Source: Escherichia phage Bf23
Sequence record: OR083247.1
DNA length: 64,000 nt
Strand: one strand, 5' to 3'
The translations under genes were made by a program, and so were the position numbers. Of this stretch, positions 40,155-49,425 are shown piece by piece. The notes below the pieces were generated by a model, which saw only the letters and a list, made by a program, of their open reading frames with translations, had not been told where the DNA came from and searched no databases. Numbering within the stretch: the first letter of the stretch is position 1; each line of letters opens with the position of its first letter.

Positions 40155-40523
40155 TTACCGTGCGCGAGATCTAGCATGTGGCTTAACGTTAGGAATCCTT
40201 CCGTTTTGCGGTTTATGCTTCTCAGCACGTTTACGTGCAGCATCTACAGCTTTAGCATCAAATATATTGATAATGTGTAGAACAAATTCTTTTTCTATGG
40301 GATCAGTAATCCCATAAATATCAAATAAAACACCTAAAGCAGCCTTGTCTTTACCTATAAAAATAGGGAAGTCACCAGGTATGAAACAGTCAACTAGACT
40401 ATTATAAATATTCATACTAATAGCTACAATAGGTGGAAAGTCTTCAAGTTCAACAGGCATAGCTTTAGGATCAGGCTCTATACCCATTGATTCACAAAGT
40501 ATTAAATATTGTTGTTTAGTCAT
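40155..40523 (-). CDS. Putative tail assembly chaperone (122 aa)
   Basis: Position immediately upstream of the tape measure gene; weak own RBS; its frame is open for 9 codons into the 3' end of the upstream gene. Confidence 0.45.
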   Translation of the reverse strand: MTKQQYLILCESMGIEPDPKAMPVELEDFPPIVAISMNIYNSLVDCFIPGDFPIFIGKDKAALGVLFDIYGITDPIEKEFVLHIINIFDAKAVDAARKRAEKHKPQNGRIPNVKPHARSRAR

Positions 40524-40584
40524 TTTAGATGCTGAGCTTTTAATACACTTATCTGCAAAATCAGCAACAGCATCTAGTAATTCT

Positions 40585-40989
40585 TTACGCTTTTGAGCTA
40601 CGAAAAGTATCTAAGTGGAACACTGTCTGGTTGATCCAAGAATCAAACGCAGCAGAGTTCTGCATAAGCATTACAGCATTATCACGACTAAATGGAACTT
40701 CAGTAGCAGGATCAGCATCTGTTTCAATCAGCATGAGTTTTTCAACGTCACCTACAGTCAAACCAGTCCAACCTTTAATCGCAGCATCAACGAAAGCTTC
40801 AATGAACTTATCATCATCCTGTACCTGAATCAAAGTACCATTAACCCACTCATCACGCTTAGCAGAGGTGATAACTCGTTTAGAAGTAGCACGAGACATA
40901 TAATTAAGCTCTAGCTTAAAGTTTGGCATACCTGGGTATGCAAGAGTGACAGTACGAGTTTCTAAAGTAATATCTTTTAAGTTAATCAT
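40585..40989 (-). CDS. Putative tail assembly chaperone (134 aa)
   Basis: Position between tail tube-side genes and the tape measure gene. Confidence 0.45.
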   Translation of the reverse strand: MINLKDITLETRTVTLAYPGMPNFKLELNYMSRATSKRVITSAKRDEWVNGTLIQVQDDDKFIEAFVDAAIKGWTGLTVGDVEKLMLIETDADPATEVPFSRDNAVMLMQNSAAFDSWINQTVFHLDTFRSSKA

Positions 40990-41885
40990 TATTTTCTTTC
41001 TCCAAAGAAGTTTATTTCTACAGGATCTGAATCAGCAGTAGGAATTACATCATACTCTACCTGATACAAATCTGAGAATTTTAGGCGTTTTGAAATACGT
41101 GCTAAAGGAAATGTTACAGAAACATATTTATTTTTAATAATTAGTGGAGTTCTTGTTTCAGGATCTAGATTCAAGAACTTATCTCCTACCAATCTCTTAA
41201 CGTAATAGAAAGCTAACGTTGCAGAAGCATTCATTTCATTGACATAAGCTCGTTTATTAGTATAAACTTTATTTATATCAAATATACTTCTATCTTCTCT
41301 CCAAGAACATTGTTGCTGGAAGGACATAGATGCTGAAACTAATGCAGGCAATGGTGCGCTATTAGTATACACAGCTGGAGGACTATATGGGAGTACTTCA
41401 CCTTGTGTAATCGTATATCCATCACGGAAAGTAGATACTTCAGAGAATTTTCCAGACTCAATACCAACATTTAGGATCGGTATACTCTTATCTAGAGAAA
41501 AGTCAACTGTTGATACATAACAGTTTTCAAAGTAAATACAGCTATTATTACGGTTAATAATATACATATTGAACATAATAGGTTCAATATTGGGAGTATT
41601 TCTTGGCAAAAATAAAGAATTTCCCTCACGCGTGAATCCCATCCAATCAAAGAAGTTAGATTCAATAAGCGTAGTACTGAAATTTATTGCCAATGAAATA
41701 GATGAAGGATCTTGAGCATTAATAATAGAGTCTGCATAGTTTGTACGATTATGAATAGTACGTCTAAGAGTTTTAAACTCTTGAAAAGACGTACTAGCGT
41801 CATAGTTAGAGAGGGCATCGAAATGATACCCTCTACCGTCGTACTCAATAACTATTTTAGACTCTCGCATGAGAGAATAAAACAT
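40989..41885 (-). CDS. Minor tail protein, T5 p140-like candidate (298 aa)
   Basis: Gene order directly downstream of the tail tube gene; no motif. Confidence 0.5.
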   Translation of the reverse strand: MFYSLMRESKIVIEYDGRGYHFDALSNYDASTSFQEFKTLRRTIHNRTNYADSIINAQDPSSISLAINFSTTLIESNFFDWMGFTREGNSLFLPRNTPNIEPIMFNMYIINRNNSCIYFENCYVSTVDFSLDKSIPILNVGIESGKFSEVSTFRDGYTITQGEVLPYSPPAVYTNSAPLPALVSASMSFQQQCSWREDRSIFDINKVYTNKRAYVNEMNASATLAFYYVKRLVGDKFLNLDPETRTPLIIKNKYVSVTFPLARISKRLKFSDLYQVEYDVIPTADSDPVEINFFGERK

Positions 41886-41889
41886 TTAA

Positions 41890-43284
41890 TTAACCACCTG
41901 CTGTTACAGTAATAACTTTAGTGCCTTTAACACCAGAGCCATCTTTAGCCGTAGCTTCAACAGTTACCGCACCTGTTTTACTAGCATCTGCTGTTAACAG
42001 TCCTGTTGCATTGATAGTAGCTGCATCACCGGCAGTGATAGCCCAAGTAACTTCCTTATTCTTTGCGGAAGAAGGAGTAACTTCAACACTCATCTGAAGA
42101 GTAGCTGATCTATTTAATGTAGCAACATTTCCAGCAGACTTAACAGTAATTGCGGTTACAGCTTCAGAAGCACCGTCACCATTAACAATTAGATTATTAA
42201 TAGTTGTTCTAGTATACTTACTAGAGAAGCCTAAGTAACCTTCGTCACCAGCATCCAGATCTGACGGAATAGCCTTAAATTCTACTGAAGTACCAAGCAC
42301 ATCATCAGTCTCAATAGTAGGAATATTAACGTGCGCCTGTTTAGCTACCAGAATGGCAGCAGGACGTTCCTCGTCATATTCGCCACCAAGTACTAGAGCA
42401 ATTTCGAAGCGGTTAACTACCTTCAGAGTTTTGATAAGATCTTTATATAGTTCCATAGAACCAAGAGATTTATCATTCAGGTAAGCAGTTAATGAACCAG
42501 TTAACTCAAAAGCACCAGTAAATGAGCCGATCGGAATAGTAACACGAGACATTACGTTAGGTGTTAGGTAAGTAATGTTGTTGTTAATAGTAAAAGTACC
42601 ACCGGTAATCGGTATATCATAAGACTTATCGGTATCCATGTCCTTGATCTTCAAGATCGTTAGTTTGTTCTTAATGTAAGAACCCTGGATAGTCATATAA
42701 GTTTCGTCATCAATACCTATTTGATCTGGATCAAATGGTTGCTCATCCAGTGGGATTAGCTGGTTACCATTACCAGACCAAGTTACACGACCAATATCTT
42801 CAATATCAACGTTAACTTCTGCCTGATTAATCTGACAGGAATCGATATAACTCCATGTTTTATCAGTCAGAATGTAAATATGTAACATTGCTAACTCATG
42901 ATAGGAGTTATCTTTAAAGTTAACCATGAAGTTAGTAGCATTATTATGTGCTCCAGTAGTTCCTTCAAGATTAATAGCTCTACCACTAGAAAGTGCATGC
43001 CATAACATATAGTCAGGAACAATTTGTTTGCTAGTAGTTTTATCTTTATACGGCAGGATGTAAGTAGAGAAACTCCACTCAGCTGCGTTTAAAGAGTCGT
43101 TAAAACGTTTAGAACCACGAGTTGGACGCGGACCAGCTTCATTAACAGTAATATCTGTTGAGTTACTGTCCTGACCCCAAGAAATATCATCCTGAACTAG
43201 AATCTCTTGCGTGTTGGTCTTATTGTGACCAGTCTTAACCGTAGACACGAAGATTCGAGTATTACGTAATAGTTGTAAAGACAT
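41890..43284 (-). CDS. Major tail tube protein, T5 pb6-like, with C-terminal Ig-like (Big_2-type) domain
   Basis: 464 aa as recalled for T5 pb6; C-terminal ..VTWAITAGDAATINATGLLTA..VTVEATAKDG.. Ig-like pattern. Confidence 0.75.
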   Translation of the reverse strand: MSLQLLRNTRIFVSTVKTGHNKTNTQEILVQDDISWGQDSNSTDITVNEAGPRPTRGSKRFNDSLNAAEWSFSTYILPYKDKTTSKQIVPDYMLWHALSSGRAINLEGTTGAHNNATNFMVNFKDNSYHELAMLHIYILTDKTWSYIDSCQINQAEVNVDIEDIGRVTWSGNGNQLIPLDEQPFDPDQIGIDDETYMTIQGSYIKNKLTILKIKDMDTDKSYDIPITGGTFTINNNITYLTPNVMSRVTIPIGSFTGAFELTGSLTAYLNDKSLGSMELYKDLIKTLKVVNRFEIALVLGGEYDEERPAAILVAKQAHVNIPTIETDDVLGTSVEFKAIPSDLDAGDEGYLGFSSKYTRTTINNLIVNGDGASEAVTAITVKSAGNVATLNRSATLQMSVEVTPSSAKNKEVTWAITAGDAATINATGLLTADASKTGAVTVEATAKDGSGVKGTKVITVTAGG

Positions 43285-43310
43285 TTAATTATTTTCTCCT
43301 AATCTGTAAC

Positions 43311-43796
43311 TTATCTGCGAAGTGACCTACGTGGAGGCTGATACCTCACTGTTACATTTATTTCTGCTAAACCATATGGGGCCAGTAGACCCTCATCTGT
43401 ACTAACTGATGTAATGATCATATCAGTTGCCTCACATGGGAAGGTCGATCCATTAGGTTTACTAACAGTATATTCTAAATTTCCACCTGTGTCAATAACG
43501 GTTTTTATATCCGCTACGAGTTTTTCAAGTTGCTCTTGAATGTCTGTTTTCTCTTTATCGTACACCAGGATTGGAAGTTCTAAAAACATCCACTGTTGGC
43601 CTGAAGGAAGATACTGCCCAGTTTCAGTTCCGATATGAACTGCTACATAAGGAAACTCTCGTATTTCCTCAAATTTATAAGTTTGACGAGAAACGTTTCC
43701 ATATAGGTTATTAAAATATTCGTCAGGTTGAGAACCATCCATTTGTTTAGAGATTCGGTCAACCATAGCTTGTGCAATACTTGTTCTATGGTCCAT
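43311..43796 (-). CDS. Tail terminator-like protein (161 aa)
   Basis: Position just upstream of the tail tube gene; size. Confidence 0.5.
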   Translation of the reverse strand: MDHRTSIAQAMVDRISKQMDGSQPDEYFNNLYGNVSRQTYKFEEIREFPYVAVHIGTETGQYLPSGQQWMFLELPILVYDKEKTDIQEQLEKLVADIKTVIDTGGNLEYTVSKPNGSTFPCEATDMIITSVSTDEGLLAPYGLAEINVTVRYQPPRRSLRR

Positions 43797-43799
43797 TTA

Positions 43800-44567
43800 T
43801 TAGGTTCCTTGATTAACCTTAATTTTATATCTGGAGTGAATCAGGTCTCTTGCAGCTTTTGCTATAGCCTCACCAATAAGTTTTTGTGGGTTTCTAGCGC
43901 CAGGATAAGGTCGTAGAGATAATCTTCTATATGTAGATACTGCTGGGTTGAATACAGAATATGGACGAGTCATATAATTATATGTTACGTTTAATTCAGG
44001 AGAGCCTTTACTAATTTCAGAATCACGAAGCATAACATCTTTAATTTTTAAAGAGTTTGCAAAGCGACCAGTTCTAAATTTTAACGGTGCTCCAGCTTTT
44101 TTCATATCCTTTATTAAGTATTCTTTAGCAACTATCTCTAATATAATTTTCATATTGCTGTTAGACACGAAACGTCCAGAAGCACCTGTTACTGCACCAG
44201 AATATCCATCTTCAACATCACTAGGATCACCAAAGTTTACCTGCACTCTACCAGTAGAACGTTTTTTACCTACTGAGGATTTTTTACCAGCGGTTGCTTG
44301 TATTAGGCTCTCCAGAGCACCTAAATCTCCAGAAAGATCTAAACTAGAGGATATAGCCTTTAATATAGAAGCTGTTCTAATGTTAAGGAGATCTTGTGAT
44401 ACAGGTTTTGAAAACTTAAAAGATACTTGAGCAACAGTACCATCTCTAGTAGGATCTTTTAATCCTGTTTCAACAGAGTATACAACAGTATTCTTATTGT
44501 TCTCAGATCGGCTTGCAGTATCTAGCTGCTCTTTAATAATTTGTCTAGCTAGATCAGAAAGAGACAT
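43800..44567 (-). CDS. Putative tail completion / neck protein (255 aa)
   Basis: Gene order between head and tail genes only. Confidence 0.45.
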   Translation of the reverse strand: MSLSDLARQIIKEQLDTASRSENNKNTVVYSVETGLKDPTRDGTVAQVSFKFSKPVSQDLLNIRTASILKAISSSLDLSGDLGALESLIQATAGKKSSVGKKRSTGRVQVNFGDPSDVEDGYSGAVTGASGRFVSNSNMKIILEIVAKEYLIKDMKKAGAPLKFRTGRFANSLKIKDVMLRDSEISKGSPELNVTYNYMTRPYSVFNPAVSTYRRLSLRPYPGARNPQKLIGEAIAKAARDLIHSRYKIKVNQGT

Positions 44568-45079
44568 TATACTCTCCTATATACTTCAATAATAGTACGA
44601 ATATGCTCTGGAATACCAGATTTAGTATTATTGAATGTTACTGTTTCACCACCAATTGTTTTAGCTTGGCGATAATCTTGTTTGTGCCAATGATCTACTA
44701 GCATACATGCTGCAAGTTTGAGATCTTCAGGCATTGGATTAAATCCACCTTGTGTATATTCTACGTCCATATAACCTTCCGGAGGGTTAAATTTAAGAAG
44801 TATAACCCCATCAGAATACAGCTTATACTGTTCGGGATCTATCTCCTTATCATTAATAGTCATTTTGGTTACTGAAGTAGCTGAGGGAGAACTTAAAAAG
44901 TATTTTTTTCGAGCAGGTTTTGTATTGATTAACTGGTCTACCGCATCAGCATCATCCATACCTAAAAGGCTAGTAATCAGCGCATTGGCAGCAGTAATCA
45001 TCACCTCTACTCCAGATTCTAGTTCCGGTCGTTTTAACCCGCCGTATAATCTATAGTCTTCAGCTGTGATTATTTGCAT
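44567..45079 (-). CDS. Putative head completion / head-tail adaptor protein (170 aa)
   Basis: Gene order directly downstream of the major capsid gene and terminator. Confidence 0.45.
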   Translation of the reverse strand: MQIITAEDYRLYGGLKRPELESGVEVMITAANALITSLLGMDDADAVDQLINTKPARKKYFLSSPSATSVTKMTINDKEIDPEQYKLYSDGVILLKFNPPEGYMDVEYTQGGFNPMPEDLKLAACMLVDHWHKQDYRQAKTIGGETVTFNNTKSGIPEHIRTIIEVYRRV

Positions 45080-45089
45080 TTATTTTTCC

Positions 45090-45118
45090 CAATAAAAAAG
45101 GAGAGCCGAAGCTCTCCT
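45090..45118 (-). terminator. Rho-independent terminator downstream of the major capsid gene
   Basis: On the - strand: GGAGAGC-TTCG-GCTCTCC followed by TTTTTTATT; same flanking module as 40086-40118. Confidence 0.7.
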
Positions 45119-45138
45119 TATCGGCTGAAAAGCCTGTA

Positions 45139-46515
45139 TTAAGATGCAGCGTAAGTACCAGATACAACGCCATTATTAAAGTAACGTTGCAGGTTAACAC
45201 GCTGAGTAACGTAGTATGCATCACGCTGTTTACCAGCTTGGCGCTCACGTTCAACAGTAACAGCACGCTGACGCGGCATTACGAAGTTATCTTTATAAAC
45301 AATAACTGCGAACTCTGCTGAGTTAGCTTTAGCTGGGAAGAATTCAGAAACTACAACCGGCAGACCATAAATACGACCAACCTGACCTTGCAGTTTAACA
45401 GCATCGTTACCAACCTGTGCAACATCCTGCCATTCTTCATCTTCCAGCAGATCGTAGTAAGCATCCATAGATACGATCAGTACCAGCTTACTCAGTTTCA
45501 GACCATGACGGCCCAGTTTACGACGCAGTTTAGAGATAGTCTTAGCAGTTACTTTTATGGAACCATCAGCTTTAGCTTCTGTAACAACCTTAGCACTATC
45601 TTCACTAGCAAGGGTCAACAGACCTTTCGGCTTACCAGAACCATCACCAGTCATAAACGCTTCTTCGATAGAAACAGCGTGTGCTTCAATCAGACGCTTA
45701 CGCAGCAGCGGCAGCAGGGAGAAGATTGCATCTTCTTCAGTTTCATCAGTAATGAAGGATTTAGCAGCCAGTTTGTAGGTTTTAAAACTAATTTCAGTTA
45801 ATGTACCTTTAACTTCGTTACCAGTAGTAGTATCAGTACCATAAGCGGAAGCATCTACCCAAGTAGCTTTACCAGCTTCTGGTTCAACCAGCATAGTAAG
45901 AATCTTACTAGACATCGGCAGCTCTTCGAACAGTGCGCCAACTACCAGTTCTTTCTGCAGGTCACGAATGATACGGGTAGAGAAAATAGTTTCGTAGTTT
46001 TCGCTAGAAACCTGAACTGAGGAAGAAGTGTTTACAGCTTTAAGGTGATTCTGACCATGTTCAGTTTCGAATACGCCTTTTTCCATTACATAAGATAACA
46101 GAACCAGTTTTTCAACTTCATCTTCAAAGGCTTCCTGAGTACCGTACAGTGCTTTAGCAACACTATCACCAACGAAGGAACGACCTTCACGAGCTGTTAG
46201 CAGAGATTTGATTTCGTCCTGAAGACCAACAATAGTTTCCTGCTGTTTTTCTACGGTTTGTGCAAACAGTTCTGCACTCTTCTTAGATTTCTCATCCAGC
46301 GACTTAACCAGTTCCAGAGCCTCTTCCAGACGCTTACGGTCTTCGCCAACTGCTTTAGAAACCAGGTCATTCATACGAGCCAGTTCTTTTTCTTCCTGCT
46401 CTTTACGCATACGTTCAGCTTCCTGAGCTTTCTGAGCAGCGGTCAGACCTTCCAGAGATTTAGCCAGATCACCCAGACCAAGTTCTTCTTTCAGCTTATT
46501 AATATCAATAGTCAT
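45139..46515 (-). CDS. Major capsid protein precursor, T5 pb8-like (458 aa)
   Basis: N-terminal coiled-coil scaffolding-like region (MTIDINKLKEELGLG..KEQEEKELARM..), size equals that recalled for T5 pb8; followed by a terminator. Confidence 0.8.
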   Translation of the reverse strand: MTIDINKLKEELGLGDLAKSLEGLTAAQKAQEAERMRKEQEEKELARMNDLVSKAVGEDRKRLEEALELVKSLDEKSKKSAELFAQTVEKQQETIVGLQDEIKSLLTAREGRSFVGDSVAKALYGTQEAFEDEVEKLVLLSYVMEKGVFETEHGQNHLKAVNTSSSVQVSSENYETIFSTRIIRDLQKELVVGALFEELPMSSKILTMLVEPEAGKATWVDASAYGTDTTTGNEVKGTLTEISFKTYKLAAKSFITDETEEDAIFSLLPLLRKRLIEAHAVSIEEAFMTGDGSGKPKGLLTLASEDSAKVVTEAKADGSIKVTAKTISKLRRKLGRHGLKLSKLVLIVSMDAYYDLLEDEEWQDVAQVGNDAVKLQGQVGRIYGLPVVVSEFFPAKANSAEFAVIVYKDNFVMPRQRAVTVERERQAGKQRDAYYVTQRVNLQRYFNNGVVSGTYAAS

Positions 46516-46532
46516 TTTTAAATAATTCTCCG

Positions 46533-47165
46533 TTATTCTTTAACGTAGCCTAAAGCTATCGCAAGTTTTTCTAGTTCAGAAAGATTACGTTCTTGAGCTG
46601 GGACAGCTTTAGAACTTATTGCAGTAAAAGATTTACGCCATTCAGTATAATCATGACCATTCATGCTCTTAGCGAGATTGAACGTTGAGTCTTGATTACA
46701 AGGTACAGAAACTACCGAAACTTCGTATAGTTCTAAATCTTTAATAATAAATATATCAGTAGCTTCATCCCACTCTGCATCTAGGCAGCGGAATCCGATA
46801 CTAAAAGTTTTCAGTACACCGTTCTTAATTAGTGAAAAGATAGCCGGATCAGAACTTTCATAGATCTCGCATTCTATTTCGAGACCCATTTCAGTAGGGT
46901 TAAGATCAATACACTTACCGATTGGACGACGATGATCGTGTCCGAAAAGAATAATCGGGTTTTTCATGTAGTTAGTAAGTGCATTAGACGTTTTCCACGC
47001 AGAAGCAGGAATTACATCACCAGCGCGATCTTTACTAATTGTATTAGCGAATCCACGGATTTTTACAACACCTTCTTTGGATTCGCTATCAATAGATTTA
47101 ATATAAGCATCTAAATGAACGGGTGCTGATTTTAACTTGTTATAGTCAATAGCAGCTTGTGTCAT
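46533..47165 (-). CDS. Prohead protease, T5 pb11-like (210 aa)
   Basis: Position immediately upstream of the major capsid gene; size. Call by synteny. Confidence 0.6.
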   Translation of the reverse strand: MTQAAIDYNKLKSAPVHLDAYIKSIDSESKEGVVKIRGFANTISKDRAGDVIPASAWKTSNALTNYMKNPIILFGHDHRRPIGKCIDLNPTEMGLEIECEIYESSDPAIFSLIKNGVLKTFSIGFRCLDAEWDEATDIFIIKDLELYEVSVVSVPCNQDSTFNLAKSMNGHDYTEWRKSFTAISSKAVPAQERNLSELEKLAIALGYVKE

Positions 47166-47168
47166 TTA

Positions 47169-47660
47169 TTAGCCTCCAACACCAGGGTTAACTGTCACAG
47201 TACACGCAGTAGAGTCCTTACTTACTCGCTTACTATCTGTTACAGTTACTTTATAAGAGCCGGCATCCTCAGCTGCTGCTGCAGGCTTAGTATATGTAGC
47301 TCCTGAAGCTTCCGGAATAGGGGAACCATCTTTAGTCCATGCATAAGTATATGGACCAGTACCACCAGTTGCAGTAACAGAAAGAGTTAACGTTGCTCCA
47401 GTATCAACTGACATGCTAGCAGTTAAATCTTTAGAAAGAGTTAACGGTGGGGCCGGTGGAGCAGGAGGAACTGCTTTACCATAAGCCTCTACAAATTTCT
47501 TCCATACTTTACGGTTAGTATGCGCAGATGAAAGCCCTAGTTCTCTACGCAGAAAAGCATAGCTAGGAACATATTTATGCGCAGCAACCGTAGCAAAGAA
47601 GATATGAGATTCTGGCAGTTTTTCACCAAAAATGGTCTTTAGACCATTATAATCAATCAT
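47169..47660 (-). CDS. Capsid decoration protein with Ig-like C-terminal domain, T5 pb10-like
   Basis: C-terminal ..LTLSVTATGGTGPYTYAWTKDGSPIPEASGATYTKPAAAAEDAGSYKVTVTD.. Ig-like pattern. Confidence 0.6.
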   Translation of the reverse strand: MIDYNGLKTIFGEKLPESHIFFATVAAHKYVPSYAFLRRELGLSSAHTNRKVWKKFVEAYGKAVPPAPPAPPLTLSKDLTASMSVDTGATLTLSVTATGGTGPYTYAWTKDGSPIPEASGATYTKPAAAAEDAGSYKVTVTDSKRVSKDSTACTVTVNPGVGG

Positions 47661-48874
47661 TCTTTATCTCCCTCGGTGGAACCTTGAGGTCTACCACCTT
47701 CTTGACCAGATACACCTGTTGCAGAACCAGCAACGTTAGCAGGAATACGAATCCTATCCATCTGCTCATCATCTAAAGGTTCAAGGTTCAGCTCTAAACG
47801 AGCTTCGTTACCAGTCATAATACCATTATTAACCAATGAGGTTAAATGTTTAGCCTCAGCTTCTTTATCTGGTGTTAATGCAGCTACCTCCTTAGTATTA
47901 GGGGTAATCTTATAACCAAAAAAGAAAGTAAGAGAACTAGTCAGTTTGTTCAGCATAGGAATGATAGTCATATAATAGAACAATTCGATGTTTGGTCGAA
48001 TATTCGCATTATTACCACCATCAAGCAGTACTTGCGGAACTCCAAAGGCTAGACAAATAGATTTATTAAATCCTTCGATGTCTTCCTTAAAGTCTAGATC
48101 TTTAAAAGAGGATATTTGGGAGTACGGTTTAGCTTTCATACCACCATCTAGAATCAGGACAGAAGACTGACCCGTACTAGGATTATAATCGAGTTGTAAT
48201 TCTTCTTGTTTACGCTCACGCAATTTCTTGTTCAGGATTTCATCCGTTTCAAGAATAAGACCAATCACGGTTCCGTTATCGAGGAATTTCTCTTTAAAGT
48301 TAAGCATTTTAGAACGCTTTTCAAGGGAATCAATAACAGTAGCAACACGAGATTGTCCAGAAATTTGAGAGTTTGTGCCACACACGTAACTGTTATCCTT
48401 TATAAAGATAATCTCATCTACGCGATAGTTTATCTGATTATTAAATATAAATTTTTTGATAAACTTATTGGCATCTGCCTCGACCTGCATAAGAGCAGCC
48501 GGGACATGGTAAAGCGATGTGCCATCCCAATAGATGTATGCACAACCTTCAAAAAGTAGGTCAGTGACTACAAGTCTACGGAATGTGCTTATATCCATGA
48601 ATGGATTAGGTCGTACATTTAAGAGAGTGTCTAGAGTCTTTGTCTTGACGCCATTGGCATACGTGACAATATTATATTTATCTCCGACAGTATAAGAACA
48701 CTCCGCCGCACTATCTATAACCATATTAGCAGTTCGATTGAGAATCTCAATCTTGCTATAGGCTTGTCCAGTGGTAAAAGGCTTACGGTTAGTGCGATGA
48801 CTAACTGGTTCCATGTCTCTTATAATACGTTGACCCGGATTTAGCTTTTCAGTAATCCAGCTTTTAAAACCCAT
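47657..48874 (-). CDS. Portal protein, T5 pb7-like (405 aa)
   Basis: Size and position between the terminase-side genes and the head genes. Confidence 0.7.
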   Translation of the reverse strand: MGFKSWITEKLNPGQRIIRDMEPVSHRTNRKPFTTGQAYSKIEILNRTANMVIDSAAECSYTVGDKYNIVTYANGVKTKTLDTLLNVRPNPFMDISTFRRLVVTDLLFEGCAYIYWDGTSLYHVPAALMQVEADANKFIKKFIFNNQINYRVDEIIFIKDNSYVCGTNSQISGQSRVATVIDSLEKRSKMLNFKEKFLDNGTVIGLILETDEILNKKLRERKQEELQLDYNPSTGQSSVLILDGGMKAKPYSQISSFKDLDFKEDIEGFNKSICLAFGVPQVLLDGGNNANIRPNIELFYYMTIIPMLNKLTSSLTFFFGYKITPNTKEVAALTPDKEAEAKHLTSLVNNGIMTGNEARLELNLEPLDDEQMDRIRIPANVAGSATGVSGQEGGRPQGSTEGDKE

Positions 48875-49311
48875 TATAAGAACCTTGAGAATCCTGATTT
48901 TGTTTCAGTCTTGACTTGTGTCTTTTCTTGAGGATTCTGTATTTTGTCTTTCTGCTTTTGAACCCATGCTTTCTGTTTATTAGCAGAAAATAATGGAGGT
49001 TCTTTTGTGTAAACCTTATGTAGTAGTTGGTGATGGTGTACACAAAGGGTAACAGTGTCTTCTACTAGCTCATGCCTATATCGATCATAGAATGCCGTCC
49101 TATTTGAAAGGACTGTTTCTTCGTCAGTGAAATCCAATTGGAGTTCTTTAGCAAATTTTTTAACTAGTAGAGACACCGTATGGTAATGATGAAGCTCTAA
49201 TTCTTCAGCACAACCGCAGATAGCACATTGAGAGTCTTTTTTATATTGACTTTTTATTCCGTCTCTCATAAGGGATATAGCATCGCGTTTATATTTTATA
49301 TTGCTTGCCAT
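48874..49311 (-). CDS. HNH endonuclease-like protein (145 aa from ATG 49311 after RBS GAGGAG)
   Basis: CAICGC..ELHHYH..N..CVHHHQLLH fits the HNH zinc-finger nuclease pattern. Confidence 0.6.
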   Translation of the reverse strand: MASNIKYKRDAISLMRDGIKSQYKKDSQCAICGCAEELELHHYHTVSLLVKKFAKELQLDFTDEETVLSNRTAFYDRYRHELVEDTVTLCVHHHQLLHKVYTKEPPLFSANKQKAWVQKQKDKIQNPQEKTQVKTETKSGFSRFL

Positions 49312-49425
49312 AGTGTTCTCCTCAACTGTATGAATATAGTATACATAATCGTATCGAATTTGTAAAGGGGATTTTAAAATGCAGGAATGGGATACCAACT
49401 GAGTAGTATCCCATCCTATACTTAT

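Noticed and set aside
45388-45801. 137-aa + strand ORF inside the major capsid gene
   Set aside because: Antisense to a well-supported structural gene; low-complexity translation.
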